Part shown: one piece after another, positions 1-11,911 of the stretch | Position numbering within the stretch: the stretch's first letter is position 1 | Layout: every line of letters starts with the position of its first letter | Source of the DNA: an uncultured Chloroflexia bacterium | GTDB taxonomy: Bacteria; Chloroflexota; Limnocylindria; Limnocylindrales; CSP1-4 | Direction: 5' to 3' | NCBI GenBank assembly: GCA_963813535.1 | Contig: CAWEZH010000002.1 | Location: 800,001 to 864,000 of the forward strand | Length of the DNA stretch: 64,000 nucleotides | Notes under the pieces: model-generated | What the model saw: the letters and a program-made list of their open reading frames with translations, nothing else | What the model was told of the DNA's origin: nothing | Databases searched by the model: none | Program-made: the position numbers and the translations under genes

Positions 1-215
1 ATGACGTAGAACGGGATGTCGAGCTGGGCGGCCACGCGTCGGGCATCGTCGGCGGCATCAAGCGAGCAGCAGCTCTTCTTGAACTCGGAGTACGTGTCGG
101 CCACGTCGTGGAGGCGCATCCACACGCCCACGACCTCGTGACCCTGCTCGTGAAGGATGGCCGCCGCGACCGAGGAATCGACCCCGCCCGACATCGCGAC
201 CAGGATCCGGCTCAC
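1..215 (-). CDS. mnmA: tRNA 2-thiouridine(34) synthase, N-terminal part (runs off window)
   Basis: Manual translation from GTG 215: [35 protein letters not shown]...[24 protein letters not shown]. Has the SGGVDS PP-loop; GTGA overlap with the iscS stop. Confidence 0.95.
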   Translation of the reverse strand, partial: MSRILVAMSGGVDSSVAAAILHEQGHEVVGVWMRLHDVADTYSEFKKSCCSLDAADDARRVAAQLDIPFYV

Positions 216-1396
216 GCTGTCACGCCCTGGCCGAGCGGGTCGCGGGCCACCGACGCCGTTCCGACCTGCATCGATGCGATGACCCGCGGAACGACGTCCG
301 CGGCAGTCGTCACGTCCTCGTCGGTGGTCGTCCGGCCGAGCGACAGGCGGAGCGCCCCGCGCGCCTCGTCCTCCGGGTAACCCATCGCCGAGAGGACATG
401 GCTGACCTCGGTCGAGCCGGTGGTACAGGCAGATCCGACCGACGTCGCGATCCCCTCGAGATCGAGCGACAGGCTGACGGCGGCGCCATCGGTGCCGCGC
501 GCGATGATCGACAGCAGCCCGGGCAGCCGGTCGGTCGGATGGCCGGTCAGCTCGGTCTCGGGGACCCTGAGGATGGCCCGCCCGATCCGGTCGCGCCCGG
601 CGCGCAGTCGCTTGGCGGTCGCAGGACGCTCGGCGGCACACAGCTCGTAGGCCACCGCGAGTCCGACTGCGCCGGCCACGTTCTCGGTCCCTGCCCGTCG
701 GTGCCGCTCCTGCTCGCCGCCGTGCTGCTGGGCGAGGATGTGCGTCCCGTGCCGGACGTACAGCGCCCCGATGCCCTTGGGTCCCTCGAACTTGTGGCCG
801 CTGATCGACACGAGATCGACCCCGAGGTCGTGCAGCTTCAGATCCACGTACGGCGCTGCCTGCACCGCATCGACATGGAGGAGGATGCCCTTGCGCGACG
901 CGACCCGCTTCGCGATCTCGGCCACCGGCTGGACGGTGCCGACCTCGTTGTTGGCGAGCATGATCGAGACCAGGATCGTCCGGTCGCTGAGCTCCGCCTC
1001 GAGCTGGTCAGGATCGACTCGACCGTAGCGGTCGACCGGCAGCTCGACGATCTCAAAGCCGAACTTCTCGAGGTAGCGCAGCGCGTGACCGACCGCGTGA
1101 TGCTCGATCGACGACGTGACGATGCGGTGGCCGCGCGCCTTGCCTGCCCAGGCGGCGCCCTTCAGCGCGAGGTTGTTCGCCTCGGTGCCGCCCGACGTGA
1201 ACACGACCTCGCGCGGCTCGACGCCGAGCGCCGCGGCGAGTCGATCGTGGGCGTCGTCGAGGGCGGCACGGGCGACCCGTCCGAAGGCATGCGCCGACGA
1301 CGGGTTCCCGAAGGATTCCGTGAGGAACGGCAGCATCGCGTCGAGGACCTCGCGCCGGACGGGCGTCGTCGCGGCGTGATCCATGTAGATCGGCAT
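212..1396 (-). CDS. iscS: Cysteine desulfurase (IscS/NifS class I)
   Basis: [31 protein letters not shown] lysine, GSAC catalytic Cys; coupled to mnmA. Confidence 0.93.
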   Translation of the reverse strand: MPIYMDHAATTPVRREVLDAMLPFLTESFGNPSSAHAFGRVARAALDDAHDRLAAALGVEPREVVFTSGGTEANNLALKGAAWAGKARGHRIVTSSIEHHAVGHALRYLEKFGFEIVELPVDRYGRVDPDQLEAELSDRTILVSIMLANNEVGTVQPVAEIAKRVASRKGILLHVDAVQAAPYVDLKLHDLGVDLVSISGHKFEGPKGIGALYVRHGTHILAQQHGGEQERHRRAGTENVAGAVGLAVAYELCAAERPATAKRLRAGRDRIGRAILRVPETELTGHPTDRLPGLLSIIARGTDGAAVSLSLDLEGIATSVGSACTTGSTEVSHVLSAMGYPEDEARGALRLSLGRTTTDEDVTTAADVVPRVIASMQVGTASVARDPLGQGVTA

Positions 1397-1445
1397 CGCG
1401 GGCGATCGTACACCCGGTCGCTGATCGGCCAGAACGGAGCGATCG

Positions 1446-2624
1446 CTAGGTCGCGGTCACCTGGAGCAGCCGTCCGTCGATCGTGACCGCGAAGAGTTCG
1501 CCGTTCTCGGCCTCACCGAACGAGGTCACGTTCAGGCTCGTGTCCTTGCGCATCCACAGGCTCGACCCGGCGGCCGGCATCGAATAGAACCGGCCGTTGC
1601 AGAAGTCCGCGAAGATGTACTGCCCGGCGAGCCCGGGGTACGCCGCACCGCGGTACACGTAGCCGCCGGTGATCGAGCAGGCGCCCGACGAATGACTGTA
1701 TTCGGCGACGGGCAGGAACTTGCCGGACCTGTTGCAGCTGCTCGCGTTGTAGCAGTGCTTGCCCTCCATGACGTTCCAGCCGTAGTTGCGGCCGCCCTTG
1801 TAGCCGGCCGGCTCTCGGTCGATCTCCTCGTAGCGGCCCTGGCCGACGTCGGCGATGTACAGCGAGCCTGTTCCACGATCGAACGAGATCCGCCACGGGT
1901 TGCGCAGTCCGTACGCCCAGACCTCATCGAGCCCGGAGGTCGCGCCGCGGAACGGGTTGGTGGACGGGATGCTGTAGCGGTCATAGGGTCCGGATCCGCT
2001 GCCGCCGACGTTGAGGCGCAGGATCTTGCCAAGCAGGTTCTTGGTCTTGCTCTGGCCGTTGCGCAGCGGGTCGCCGGCACCACCACCGTCACCCGTTCCG
2101 ATGTACAGGTAGCCGTCGGGGCCGAACGTCATCGAGCCGCCGTTGTGATTGCTGTTCGCGCTGTGCTCGATGACGAGGATGTTCTGGAGTGTCGTCCTGG
2201 AGGCCGCGGTCCCCGACGTATTCGCCCGCAGACGCGCCACGACGATGTCGCCGCCCGATCGCGTGTAGTACACGTACGCCCGGCGGTTGCTCTCGAACAG
2301 CGGGTGGAAGGCGATCCCGAGCAACCCCTGCTCGCCGCCAGAATCCTGGACCACGGAGCGCATGTCCAGGAAGTAGCCGGACCTGAGCGCGCCGTTCTGG
2401 AAGACGCGGACCGTACCGCGGCGCTCGACCAGGAAGAGGCGGTTCGTCCCATCGGCGGCGTTCGTCACCTGGGTCAGCGACTGCAGCCCGGTGGCTCGTT
2501 GCCACAGGCCCAGGGTGGTGGCGCCGCGGACGACACTCGCAGGGATGACGGTCATCAGGAAGAGGGCAGCCAGGCCGGCAACGAGGACGGCGCGGCGCCC
2601 GTGGCGCGATCGGTGGTGCGTCAT
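1446..2624 (-). CDS. Secreted PQQ-dependent sugar dehydrogenase (glucose/sorbosone dehydrogenase family)
   Basis: GEQGLLGIAFHP, NHNGG, GTGDGG, GKILR, YGLRNPWR, SITGG motifs; signal peptide. Start set at ATG 2624, which has a TAGGGT -10 box 7 nt upstream. Confidence 0.88.
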   Translation of the reverse strand: MTHHRSRHGRRAVLVAGLAALFLMTVIPASVVRGATTLGLWQRATGLQSLTQVTNAADGTNRLFLVERRGTVRVFQNGALRSGYFLDMRSVVQDSGGEQGLLGIAFHPLFESNRRAYVYYTRSGGDIVVARLRANTSGTAASRTTLQNILVIEHSANSNHNGGSMTFGPDGYLYIGTGDGGGAGDPLRNGQSKTKNLLGKILRLNVGGSGSGPYDRYSIPSTNPFRGATSGLDEVWAYGLRNPWRISFDRGTGSLYIADVGQGRYEEIDREPAGYKGGRNYGWNVMEGKHCYNASSCNRSGKFLPVAEYSHSSGACSITGGYVYRGAAYPGLAGQYIFADFCNGRFYSMPAAGSSLWMRKDTSLNVTSFGEAENGELFAVTIDGRLLQVTAT

Positions 2625-2690
2625 GACCCCCACCCTACAACGCGATGCCAACCCGCGTCACCCCGACCATCCGGTCCGGCCCGGCCAGTC

Positions 2691-3950
2691 CTATGGGCTG
2701 AATGCCCGGCGGAGGACACGGGCGATCTCGCCCCTCACGACCGTCCTCGTGGGGCAGATCCGACCCGTCGCGCACGGGCTGATCAGGCCAGCGTCCGCGA
2801 CGGAGTTCAGGGCGGCCTCGGCACCGATGCCATCGTCGTCCGTGAAGTGATCGGTGCTACTGGGCGGCAGGTCCAGGGCTCTCGCCAGCGTCACCGCGAG
2901 GAATTGCCGGGTCACGGCGGAGGTGGCACAGAACTTGCGGGTGCCGCAGCCGGTCATGATCCCGGCGACTCCGACCCGGTTGTGATAGGCCTCGAAGCGC
3001 GAGCCCTCGTCGTCGTCGAACAGGTCCTGGCTGGTGGACGGCAGGTCCAGGAGGCGCGAGAGGAAGACCGCGAGCTCGTCGCGATGGGCCACGTTGTACG
3101 TGCAGAACAGGATCGGATCGCAGCCCGGAGACAGCCCGTTGGCGAGCCCCCATTTCGCGTCGTTGGCGTAGGCCGTCGTGCTGTAGTCGTTCACGCACGT
3201 CGAGCCGCCACCGAGCACGCGCACGGAATTCCCGCTGATCGACAGCCGGACATACGCGCAGTTGTTCGTATCGCTCTTCTCGGCGAAGTAGCCGAACAGG
3301 TCGACCGCGAATCGCAGCGTGTACGTGCCGGACGGCACGCCCGTGATGTCGATCCACTGGTAGGCGAAGTTCCATGGATACTTGTCGCCCCAGCCGACCG
3401 AGATACCGGTGCGGGTCGAGGTCGACCGGAAGGTGCCGCAGCCGGACTGCTCGTACCGCCTGGACTGTGGGGCGCGCGGCAATGACAGATAGCGCCCGTT
3501 CGTGTCGAAGAAGCAGAAGCCGATCTTGCTGTCCCGCAAGGTCCCGCGGTTGGACCACAGGTGGTAGCTCGCCATGCGCTTGATGTGATAGTGGTCGTGC
3601 CCATCACCGGCATAGCGCACCTGGGCGGCCGTCTCGATGCGCCGCGTGCCGCCGTTCGTGCGATAGATGACCTGATCGATGTCGAGCGGGACGTTCGTGC
3701 GCGGGCGGCTGCCGCGCACCTCGAACGGGCCGTCGCCGTAGTTGAGAAGGGTCGTCGTGAAGCGCAACAGCTTCCGCCCGCTCGATGATCGGGTGATGCG
3801 CAGGTCGGTGATCCGATCGGCCCGGAGGTCCGGCAACAGGTCGCTGACCGCGGCGACCGGCGCCGCCGGGATGATCACGTTGAGCGATGCAAGGAGCCCG
3901 AGGGTAACGCCGAAGCGTCGGAGCATTCGCCGGCGGCCGTGCCCACGCAT
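2691..3950 (-). CDS. Secreted lysyl-oxidase-family protein with C-terminal S-layer-homology-like repeats
   Basis: HDHYH copper motif, SKIGFCFFD, GISVGWGDKY...QWIDITGVPSGTY...EKSDTNN match the LOX catalytic domain. C-terminal FxDD...GI..GC...FC...TR..LA..L.R repeats look like SLH. Confidence 0.8.
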   Translation of the reverse strand: MRGHGRRRMLRRFGVTLGLLASLNVIIPAAPVAAVSDLLPDLRADRITDLRITRSSSGRKLLRFTTTLLNYGDGPFEVRGSRPRTNVPLDIDQVIYRTNGGTRRIETAAQVRYAGDGHDHYHIKRMASYHLWSNRGTLRDSKIGFCFFDTNGRYLSLPRAPQSRRYEQSGCGTFRSTSTRTGISVGWGDKYPWNFAYQWIDITGVPSGTYTLRFAVDLFGYFAEKSDTNNCAYVRLSISGNSVRVLGGGSTCVNDYSTTAYANDAKWGLANGLSPGCDPILFCTYNVAHRDELAVFLSRLLDLPSTSQDLFDDDEGSRFEAYHNRVGVAGIMTGCGTRKFCATSAVTRQFLAVTLARALDLPPSSTDHFTDDDGIGAEAALNSVADAGLISPCATGRICPTRTVVRGEIARVLRRAFSP

Positions 3951-3970
3951 CGCCCCGACCTTACACGGCG

Positions 3971-5872
<1,902 letters not shown>

Positions 5873-5957
5873 GGCGACGGAGTGTCGCACATCGCCCCGC
5901 GTCCGGCCGGAGCCGGCCAGACGACCACGCGCACCGGGCGCTGCTAGCATCGGCACG

Positions 5958-6680
5958 ATGACCGTCGCCGCCGTGATCCTGTCCGCGACGTCCGAAGGTG
6001 CACTGGCCGACACGCTGGGCCAGCCTCGCGTCCGCCGTATCGTCGACATCGCCTGGTCGGGTGGGGCGCTGCCCGTCGTGGTCGTCGCCCCCGACCCTGA
6101 CGGCGCCGTGGCTGCGGCCCTGATCGGCACCGAGGCCATCTACGGCTCACCTGCCCCGCCCGAGGCCGGGCCGGCCGGTCAGATGGTCCGTGGCGCGGAG
6201 ATCGCCCGTGATGAGGTCCGCGACATCAGCGCGGTCCTGCTCTGGCCGGCACGGATGGCCTGGGTCGGCCCGGAATCGATCACCTCACTGATCGAGGCGC
6301 ATGGCGTCCAGCCGGGGTCACTCCTCCGACCCGGCTGGCAGGGCGAAGCAGGCTGGCCGGTGTTGCTCCCGCTGTCGGCGCTCGACGAGCTGCGCGCGGT
6401 CGGACCCGATCGCATGCCGCCCGAGGTCATCGACATGGTGTCGGGCTCCGTCGCGACCCGGGTGATCGACGTCGGCGACCCCGGTGTCCAGTACGACGTC
6501 GACACGCCGTTCCGCGAGCTCCCGCCATACGAGGGACCGCCCGATCCGCCGGGCGGACACACCCACGAATGGGACGATGCCGTGGTCGACCGTGGGGTTG
6601 ACGAGGACGTGCCCGGCGAGGGCCGCGGACTGGCCCCGTTCCCCCAGGCAGCCGACGACACGGCGACCGACCTCGACTGA
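5958..6680 (+). CDS. MobA/MocA-like NTP-transferase-fold protein (degenerate motifs)
   Basis: MTVAAVIL...GQPRVRRIV, GWPVLLP, DVDTP resemble NTP_transf_3. TAGCAT -10 box 7 nt upstream. Confidence 0.6.
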   Translation: MTVAAVILSATSEGALADTLGQPRVRRIVDIAWSGGALPVVVVAPDPDGAVAAALIGTEAIYGSPAPPEAGPAGQMVRGAEIARDEVRDISAVLLWPARMAWVGPESITSLIEAHGVQPGSLLRPGWQGEAGWPVLLPLSALDELRAVGPDRMPPEVIDMVSGSVATRVIDVGDPGVQYDVDTPFRELPPYEGPPDPPGGHTHEWDDAVVDRGVDEDVPGEGRGLAPFPQAADDTATDLD

Positions 6681-6698
6681 GGCCGGGTGGCTCAGGCG

Positions 6699-7211
6699 CT
6701 ACCCGGCGATCAACGGGGTCACGAGCGGGACGACGTAGGTCACGCCGAGCACGGCCGTGACGAGCGTCACCCGCCGGCGGTCGGTCGCGGTCGCCTCGGG
6801 TAGCAGGTCCGGACCGTGCGGACGGCTGAGGACGAGCAACGCCGCCATCGTCTCGAGCGGGACGAGCACCTCGTTGCGGGTCAGGGCGGTCAGCGTCCGG
6901 AGCAGGCCGAACACGATCAGGATGACGCATACCGGGTTCACCGCATGGACCGCCCAGGCGGCTGAGCCACTGAGGCCGCGGATCAGGCTGAGGAACACGA
7001 CGAGCGTTGCGACGACGTTCGTCGTGAGCAAGACGACCAACGGTAACGACGCGGCGACGCGATCAGGATCGATGCCCGTACCGAACACGACGAGGATGAC
7101 GCCGAGGGCGGCCAGGCTGGCCAGGACGATGAAGAGGAAGCGGGCCCAGCGCTTGTAGGGCTCCAGCGCTTTCGGGTCAGCACGCTTGGCCTGGGCCTCG
7201 GGGACGTCCAT
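6699..7211 (-). CDS. Hypothetical integral membrane protein
   Basis: Four to five hydrophobic helices; fills the gap; TAGCAT -10 box 7 nt before ATG. Confidence 0.65.
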   Translation of the reverse strand: MDVPEAQAKRADPKALEPYKRWARFLFIVLASLAALGVILVVFGTGIDPDRVAASLPLVVLLTTNVVATLVVFLSLIRGLSGSAAWAVHAVNPVCVILIVFGLLRTLTALTRNEVLVPLETMAALLVLSRPHGPDLLPEATATDRRRVTLVTAVLGVTYVVPLVTPLIAG

Positions 7212-7221
7212 GCGTTCGATG

Positions 7222-8207
7222 CTAGTCGACGGCCGCTGCCGCCTGATCGCGCGAGGGGCGCATGGCGTCGCGAAGGCGAGCGAGCGGGACGGTCGCGACC
7301 GCGATGCCGCCGATCACCAGGGCGACACCGCCGAGCTGTGCGATCGACGGTCGCTCGCCCAACAGCACCATGCTCAGCCCGACCGTGACGACCGGCTGCA
7401 CGAGCAGGATCAGCGACGTCACCATCGCCGGCAGGCGTGGCAGCGAGATGGAGATGAACAGGTAGCCCAGCGACTGCGACGTGAGACCGAGCACCGCGAG
7501 CCAGGCGAGGCTCTCCAGCCCCGGCGTGAGATCGAGGTCGCCCACGATCATCCCGGCGACGGCCGCCACGACGGCGGTGGCCATCGTGGCCACGGCGACC
7601 GGTCCAGCCGGGCGTCGTGCGTCGCGGCCGCTCAGTCGGATGATCAGCAGGTATCCCGAGTAGCAGAGCGCGGTCGCGATGCCCAGGATCACGCCCAGGG
7701 CCGGGTCGGTACCGTACGCGTCGGCCCCGATCACGCCGCTGATCAGCACGACTCCCGCGAGGACGATCGGGACGGCGATCAGCGTCGACCGCGACGGCCG
7801 CTCGGCGAATACCACCCACGCGACGACGCCGACGATGAGGACCTGGAGATTGCCGAGGACCGTCGCCAGACCCGCCCCGACGTATTCGATGGCGTGGTGC
7901 CAGAACGTCAGGTCGCCCGCGAAGAAGACACCGGCGATCAGGGCCAGCTGCACGGAGCGCCGGGGCAGCGGACCGAAGCGGCGTCGTTCCGCCCAGGCGA
8001 CCGCGACCAGCAGGGGCAGGCCGAAGAGCGCGCGGAACACCGTCCCGGTCGACGGGGTCACGTCCGCCCACAGGTAGAAGATCCCGGAGAACGCGATGCA
8101 CAGGGCACCGGCCAGGGCCGCCAGGCGCGGCCGTCGAGCGATCGCGTCGAGCGGCCGGATGCCGAGTGCGGTCTCGGAGCTCAGGGCCCGGGCTCCGGGC
8201 CGGTCAT
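7222..8207 (-). CDS. EamA/DMT family transporter (5' end frameshifted, or CTG start at 8184)
   Basis: Two EamA repeats. The frame extends upstream of GTG 8061 through TM1 (PRLAALAGALCIAFSGIFYLWA) without ATG/GTG/TTG. ATG 8207 overlaps the aspS stop but is one base out of frame. Confidence 0.8.
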
Positions 8208-10063
8208 GCAGACGGCGGCTTCGGCGGGCCGCCGACGAACCGCAGGCCGAGCTCCTCGAGCTGCTCGGGCTCCGGTGGCGAGGGTGCCTCGAGCATCGGG
8301 TCGCTCCCCGACTGCGTCTTCGGGAACGCCATCACCTCGCGGATGTTCGTCTGGTTGGCGAGGAGCGCCGCCCAGCGGTCGATGCCGAGCGCGATGCCGC
8401 CGTGCGGTGGAGCGCCGTACTCGAACGCGTCGAGGACGGCGCCGAACTTGTCGCGCATGCCCTCGAGCGTCTGCCCCTGGAGCAGGAAGCTGCGCTCGAG
8501 CAGGTCGCGCCGATGGATCCGCACCGATCCACCGCCGAGCTCCCAGCCGTTCAGGACGAGGTCGTACTGGAGCGCACGGGCGCGACCGGCGGGGTCCTCG
8601 GGCGACGGTCGCGCCGGGTCACCCGACGCCGTCACCAGCAGCGCCTCGTCCTCGGGCACGACGCCGCTGAACGGGTTGTGGGTGGCATCCCAGCGCAGGT
8701 TCTCCTCGTCCCACTGATACATCGGGAAGCGGTTGACCCACGCGTAGGCCAGCACGTCAGCGTCGGCCAGCGAGAGCCGCTCGCCGAGCTCGGCCCGGAG
8801 ACGGCCGAGGACGTCGGCCACGGTCGGCGCGGCGTCCGCGACGACCAGGACCAGGTCGCCGTCCGACGCGCCGGTCGCATCGATCACGGCCCGTTGCAGG
8901 TCGTCGGACAGGAACTTGGCGACCGGTCCGCTGAGGCCCTCGGGCGTCACCGACAGGTGGACGAGGCCCTTGGCCCCGAACCGCTTGGCGTGCTCGGTCA
9001 GCTCGTCGATCTCGCGCCGGGTCGCGCCGCCCAGGCCGGGCGCCACGATCGCCTTGACCCGGCCGCCGGAGGCGAGCGCGTCGTCGAAGACCCGGAACCC
9101 TGAGCCGTCACGCAGGACGAGAGCCAGGTCGACGAGCTCCATGCCGAACCGGACGTCGGGCTTGTCGGACCCGAAGCGCTCCATGACCTCGTCGTACGTG
9201 AAGCGCGGGAACGGCGCCTGGACGATCGGCCGATCCGGGGTCGTGGCACGGGACACGTCGATCACCATCGACTCGATGAACGCCATCACCGTGTCCTCGT
9301 CGATGAAGCTCATCTCGAGGTCGAGCTGGGTGAACTCGGGCTGGCGATCGCCACGCAGGTCCTCATCGCGGTAGCAGCGCGCGATCTGGAAATAGCGGTC
9401 GACCCCGGCCACCATGAGCAGCTGCTTGAGCTGCTGTGGGCTCTGCGGCAAGGCATAGACGCTGCCTGGCTGGAGACGCGACGGGACGATGAAGTCGCGG
9501 GCGCCCTCGGGCGTCGACTTGATCAGCGTCGGCGTCTCGACCTCGACGAACCCCGCGGCGTGGTGAACCTCGCGGATCGCCTGCACCATGCGGCTCCGGA
9601 GGAGGAGCCGATCGGCCATCGGCTGGCGACGGATGTCGAGATAGCGGTACTTGAGTCGCAGGCCCTCGTCGACCGGCTTGTCGGGCTCGTTGATGTAGAA
9701 CGGCGGCGTCTTCGCCTCGGACAGGATGTCGATCTCACTCGCGCGAAGCTCGATCTCGCCCGTGGGCATGCGCGGGTTCTCGGTCCCCGGCAGGCGCGGC
9801 GCGACCTCGCCCGCCACGCTGACGACGAACTCGCTCCGGACGCGGCTGCCGATCTCGTGGGCCACCGGCGACTCGGTCTTGTCGATGACGACCTGGGTGA
9901 TGCCATGACGGTCACGGATGTCCAGGAAGATCAGCTGGCCGTGGTCGCGGCGTCGGTGGACCCAGCCGGCCAGGCGCGCCTGGATCCCCGCATCGGACGC
10001 GCGCAGCTGACCGGCAGTGTGCGTGCGGTAGGGCGTGGCGAGACCGGGGGAAGCGTCCGTCAT
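8204..10063 (-). CDS. aspS: Aspartate--tRNA ligase
   Basis: YRTH, GWVHRRRDHG, RLKYRYLD, TPEGARDF, LPQSPQ, RDEDLRGDRQPEFTQLD, GAPPHGGIALG. Confidence 0.97.
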   Translation of the reverse strand: MTDASPGLATPYRTHTAGQLRASDAGIQARLAGWVHRRRDHGQLIFLDIRDRHGITQVVIDKTESPVAHEIGSRVRSEFVVSVAGEVAPRLPGTENPRMPTGEIELRASEIDILSEAKTPPFYINEPDKPVDEGLRLKYRYLDIRRQPMADRLLLRSRMVQAIREVHHAAGFVEVETPTLIKSTPEGARDFIVPSRLQPGSVYALPQSPQQLKQLLMVAGVDRYFQIARCYRDEDLRGDRQPEFTQLDLEMSFIDEDTVMAFIESMVIDVSRATTPDRPIVQAPFPRFTYDEVMERFGSDKPDVRFGMELVDLALVLRDGSGFRVFDDALASGGRVKAIVAPGLGGATRREIDELTEHAKRFGAKGLVHLSVTPEGLSGPVAKFLSDDLQRAVIDATGASDGDLVLVVADAAPTVADVLGRLRAELGERLSLADADVLAYAWVNRFPMYQWDEENLRWDATHNPFSGVVPEDEALLVTASGDPARPSPEDPAGRARALQYDLVLNGWELGGGSVRIHRRDLLERSFLLQGQTLEGMRDKFGAVLDAFEYGAPPHGGIALGIDRWAALLANQTNIREVMAFPKTQSGSDPMLEAPSPPEPEQLEELGLRFVGGPPKPPSA

Positions 10064-10142
10064 GGCCGGCAAATGGTACGGGACAGGGCGACGGTCGCCC
10101 CGGTCACGCCCGCGGACGAGCGATGTCGGGACCAGTCGCTCG

Positions 10143-10421
10143 TCAGGCGGCCGCTCGCGGTCCGTGGCGGAAGACCCAGGCGACGCCCATCGTGGCGGCG
10201 CCGACGATCGCGGCGACCGAGTTCGGGACGGCGATCACCGGGTTCCCGAGCGAGATGCCGTATCCGATCCAGAGCACGAATCCGAACTCGAGGACCGCCA
10301 GGTACGCGATCGACACGTCGGCGGACGAGCGCCGCTCGACCATGCGCCGGATCTGGAGCAGGGGTGAGATCGCCATCAGCACGCCCCATGCAGCGGCGGC
10401 GATGCCGAGCGTATCGGCCAC
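10143..10421 (-). CDS. SemiSWEET/PQ-loop family small transporter
   Basis: Three TM helices; SPLLQI..RSSADVS, LWIGYG, PN motif. Start codon uncertain (10421 or up to 10448). Confidence 0.75.
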   Translation of the reverse strand: MADTLGIAAAAWGVLMAISPLLQIRRMVERRSSADVSIAYLAVLEFGFVLWIGYGISLGNPVIAVPNSVAAIVGAATMGVAWVFRHGPRAAA

Positions 10422-10558
10422 GGTGACGGTTCCCTCGGGGTGGTGCACGCTCGGACTGGTGGCCGCGTTCGCTGGTTGGGCCAGGAGGAGCGCAAGCGCG
10501 GCTGCGAGACCGTACCACGCGATCCGCCGGTCGAGGACACCCTCAGGCCAGGCGCCGC

Positions 10559-11857
10559 TCAGCCCCCATGGCGATGGGCCTGGTGGGCGCGCGCCACCTC
10601 CCTCGCAAGGTCTTCGACGCTCACGACCTTCTGCGTCCCGGCCGGCAGGTCCTTCAGCTGGACCTCGCCGTTCGCCAGCTCGTCGCCCACGATGATCGCG
10701 AAGTGGGCCTGGTCGCGGGCGGCGGCCTCCAGCTGCTTGCCAAGCTTGCGGTGGCCGAGCTCCGCACGCGCCGCGATCCCCTCGCCACGGAGCGACGTGG
10801 CGATGCGCAATCGCTCCACGGTCGCCTCGGGGTCGGCGCCCACCACGACGGCGGTCGGGGCGTCGGCCGTCGCCTGCCGACCGTCTCCGCCGTCCTGGGC
10901 ATCAAGCGCGAGCAGCAGCCGATCGAGCCCGATGCCGAACCCGATGCCCGGCGTCGGCCGGCCACCGAGCAGCTCGACCAGCCCGTCGTAGCGCCCGCCG
11001 CCACCGATCGCCTGCTGCTGTCCCTCGCGGCCCTCGACATAGAACTCGAACGCGGTCCTGGTGTAGTAGTCGAGACCGCGGACCAGCCCGGGCTCGAGCC
11101 GGTATGCGACGCCGACCGCATCGAGATGCGCACGGACCGCCGCGAAATGCGCCGCACACGCATCGCACAGGTGGTCGGTGATACGCGGCGCACCGGCGTT
11201 GAGCGTCGCCATCGCCGGATCCCTCGAGTCGAGGAGGCGAAGGACGTTCCGGTCGAGGCGCCCGCGTTCGGTCGGCGGGAGCGCGTAAGCGTGCGTCTGG
11301 TAATAGGCGGTCAGCTCCTCGATGTACGCCGGGCGGCAGACCGCATCGCCGATGGAATTGAGCAGCACGCGGACACCATCGACCCCGGCGTCGGTGTAGA
11401 AGCGCATGCCGAGTTCGATGATCTCCGCATCGACAGCCGGGCCCGGGTCGCCGATGGCCTCGATGTCGAATTGCCAGAACTGCCGGTAGCGACCGGCCTG
11501 CGGCCGGTCGTAGCGGAACATCGGCCCGATCTCATAGACCTTGACCGGCTGCGGCCAGGTCTGCATGCCGTGCTGGACGTAGGCCCGCACGATCCCGGCG
11601 GTCGGTTCGGGGCGAAGGGCCCACGATTCGGACTCCTCGGTCCGCGGCACGATCCGGTACAGCTCCTTCTCGACGATGTCCGTGACCTCGCCGACACCGC
11701 GCTCGAACACGGCCGTCTGCTCGAACATCGGCGTCTCGATGCGGCGGTAGCCGTAGCGACCGGCGAGATCGGCGGCCAGTCGTTCGAGTCTCGTCCAGCG
11801 GGGGGTCTCGTCTGGCAGCAGGTCGCGCGTGCCGCGGGCGGCGCGGAAGTCGGGCAT
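10559..11857 (-). CDS. hisS: Histidine--tRNA ligase
   Basis: RGTRD, LRPEPTAG, FRYDRPQAGRYRQF, LVRGLDYY, GGGRYDGL. Confidence 0.97.
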   Translation of the reverse strand: MPDFRAARGTRDLLPDETPRWTRLERLAADLAGRYGYRRIETPMFEQTAVFERGVGEVTDIVEKELYRIVPRTEESESWALRPEPTAGIVRAYVQHGMQTWPQPVKVYEIGPMFRYDRPQAGRYRQFWQFDIEAIGDPGPAVDAEIIELGMRFYTDAGVDGVRVLLNSIGDAVCRPAYIEELTAYYQTHAYALPPTERGRLDRNVLRLLDSRDPAMATLNAGAPRITDHLCDACAAHFAAVRAHLDAVGVAYRLEPGLVRGLDYYTRTAFEFYVEGREGQQQAIGGGGRYDGLVELLGGRPTPGIGFGIGLDRLLLALDAQDGGDGRQATADAPTAVVVGADPEATVERLRIATSLRGEGIAARAELGHRKLGKQLEAAARDQAHFAIIVGDELANGEVQLKDLPAGTQKVVSVEDLAREVARAHQAHRHGG

Positions 11858-11911
11858 CGGCCGAAGTCTAGCCGCGGGCGCCGGTCGCCCGTCGCTCTCC
11901 TGTCGCCCGGC

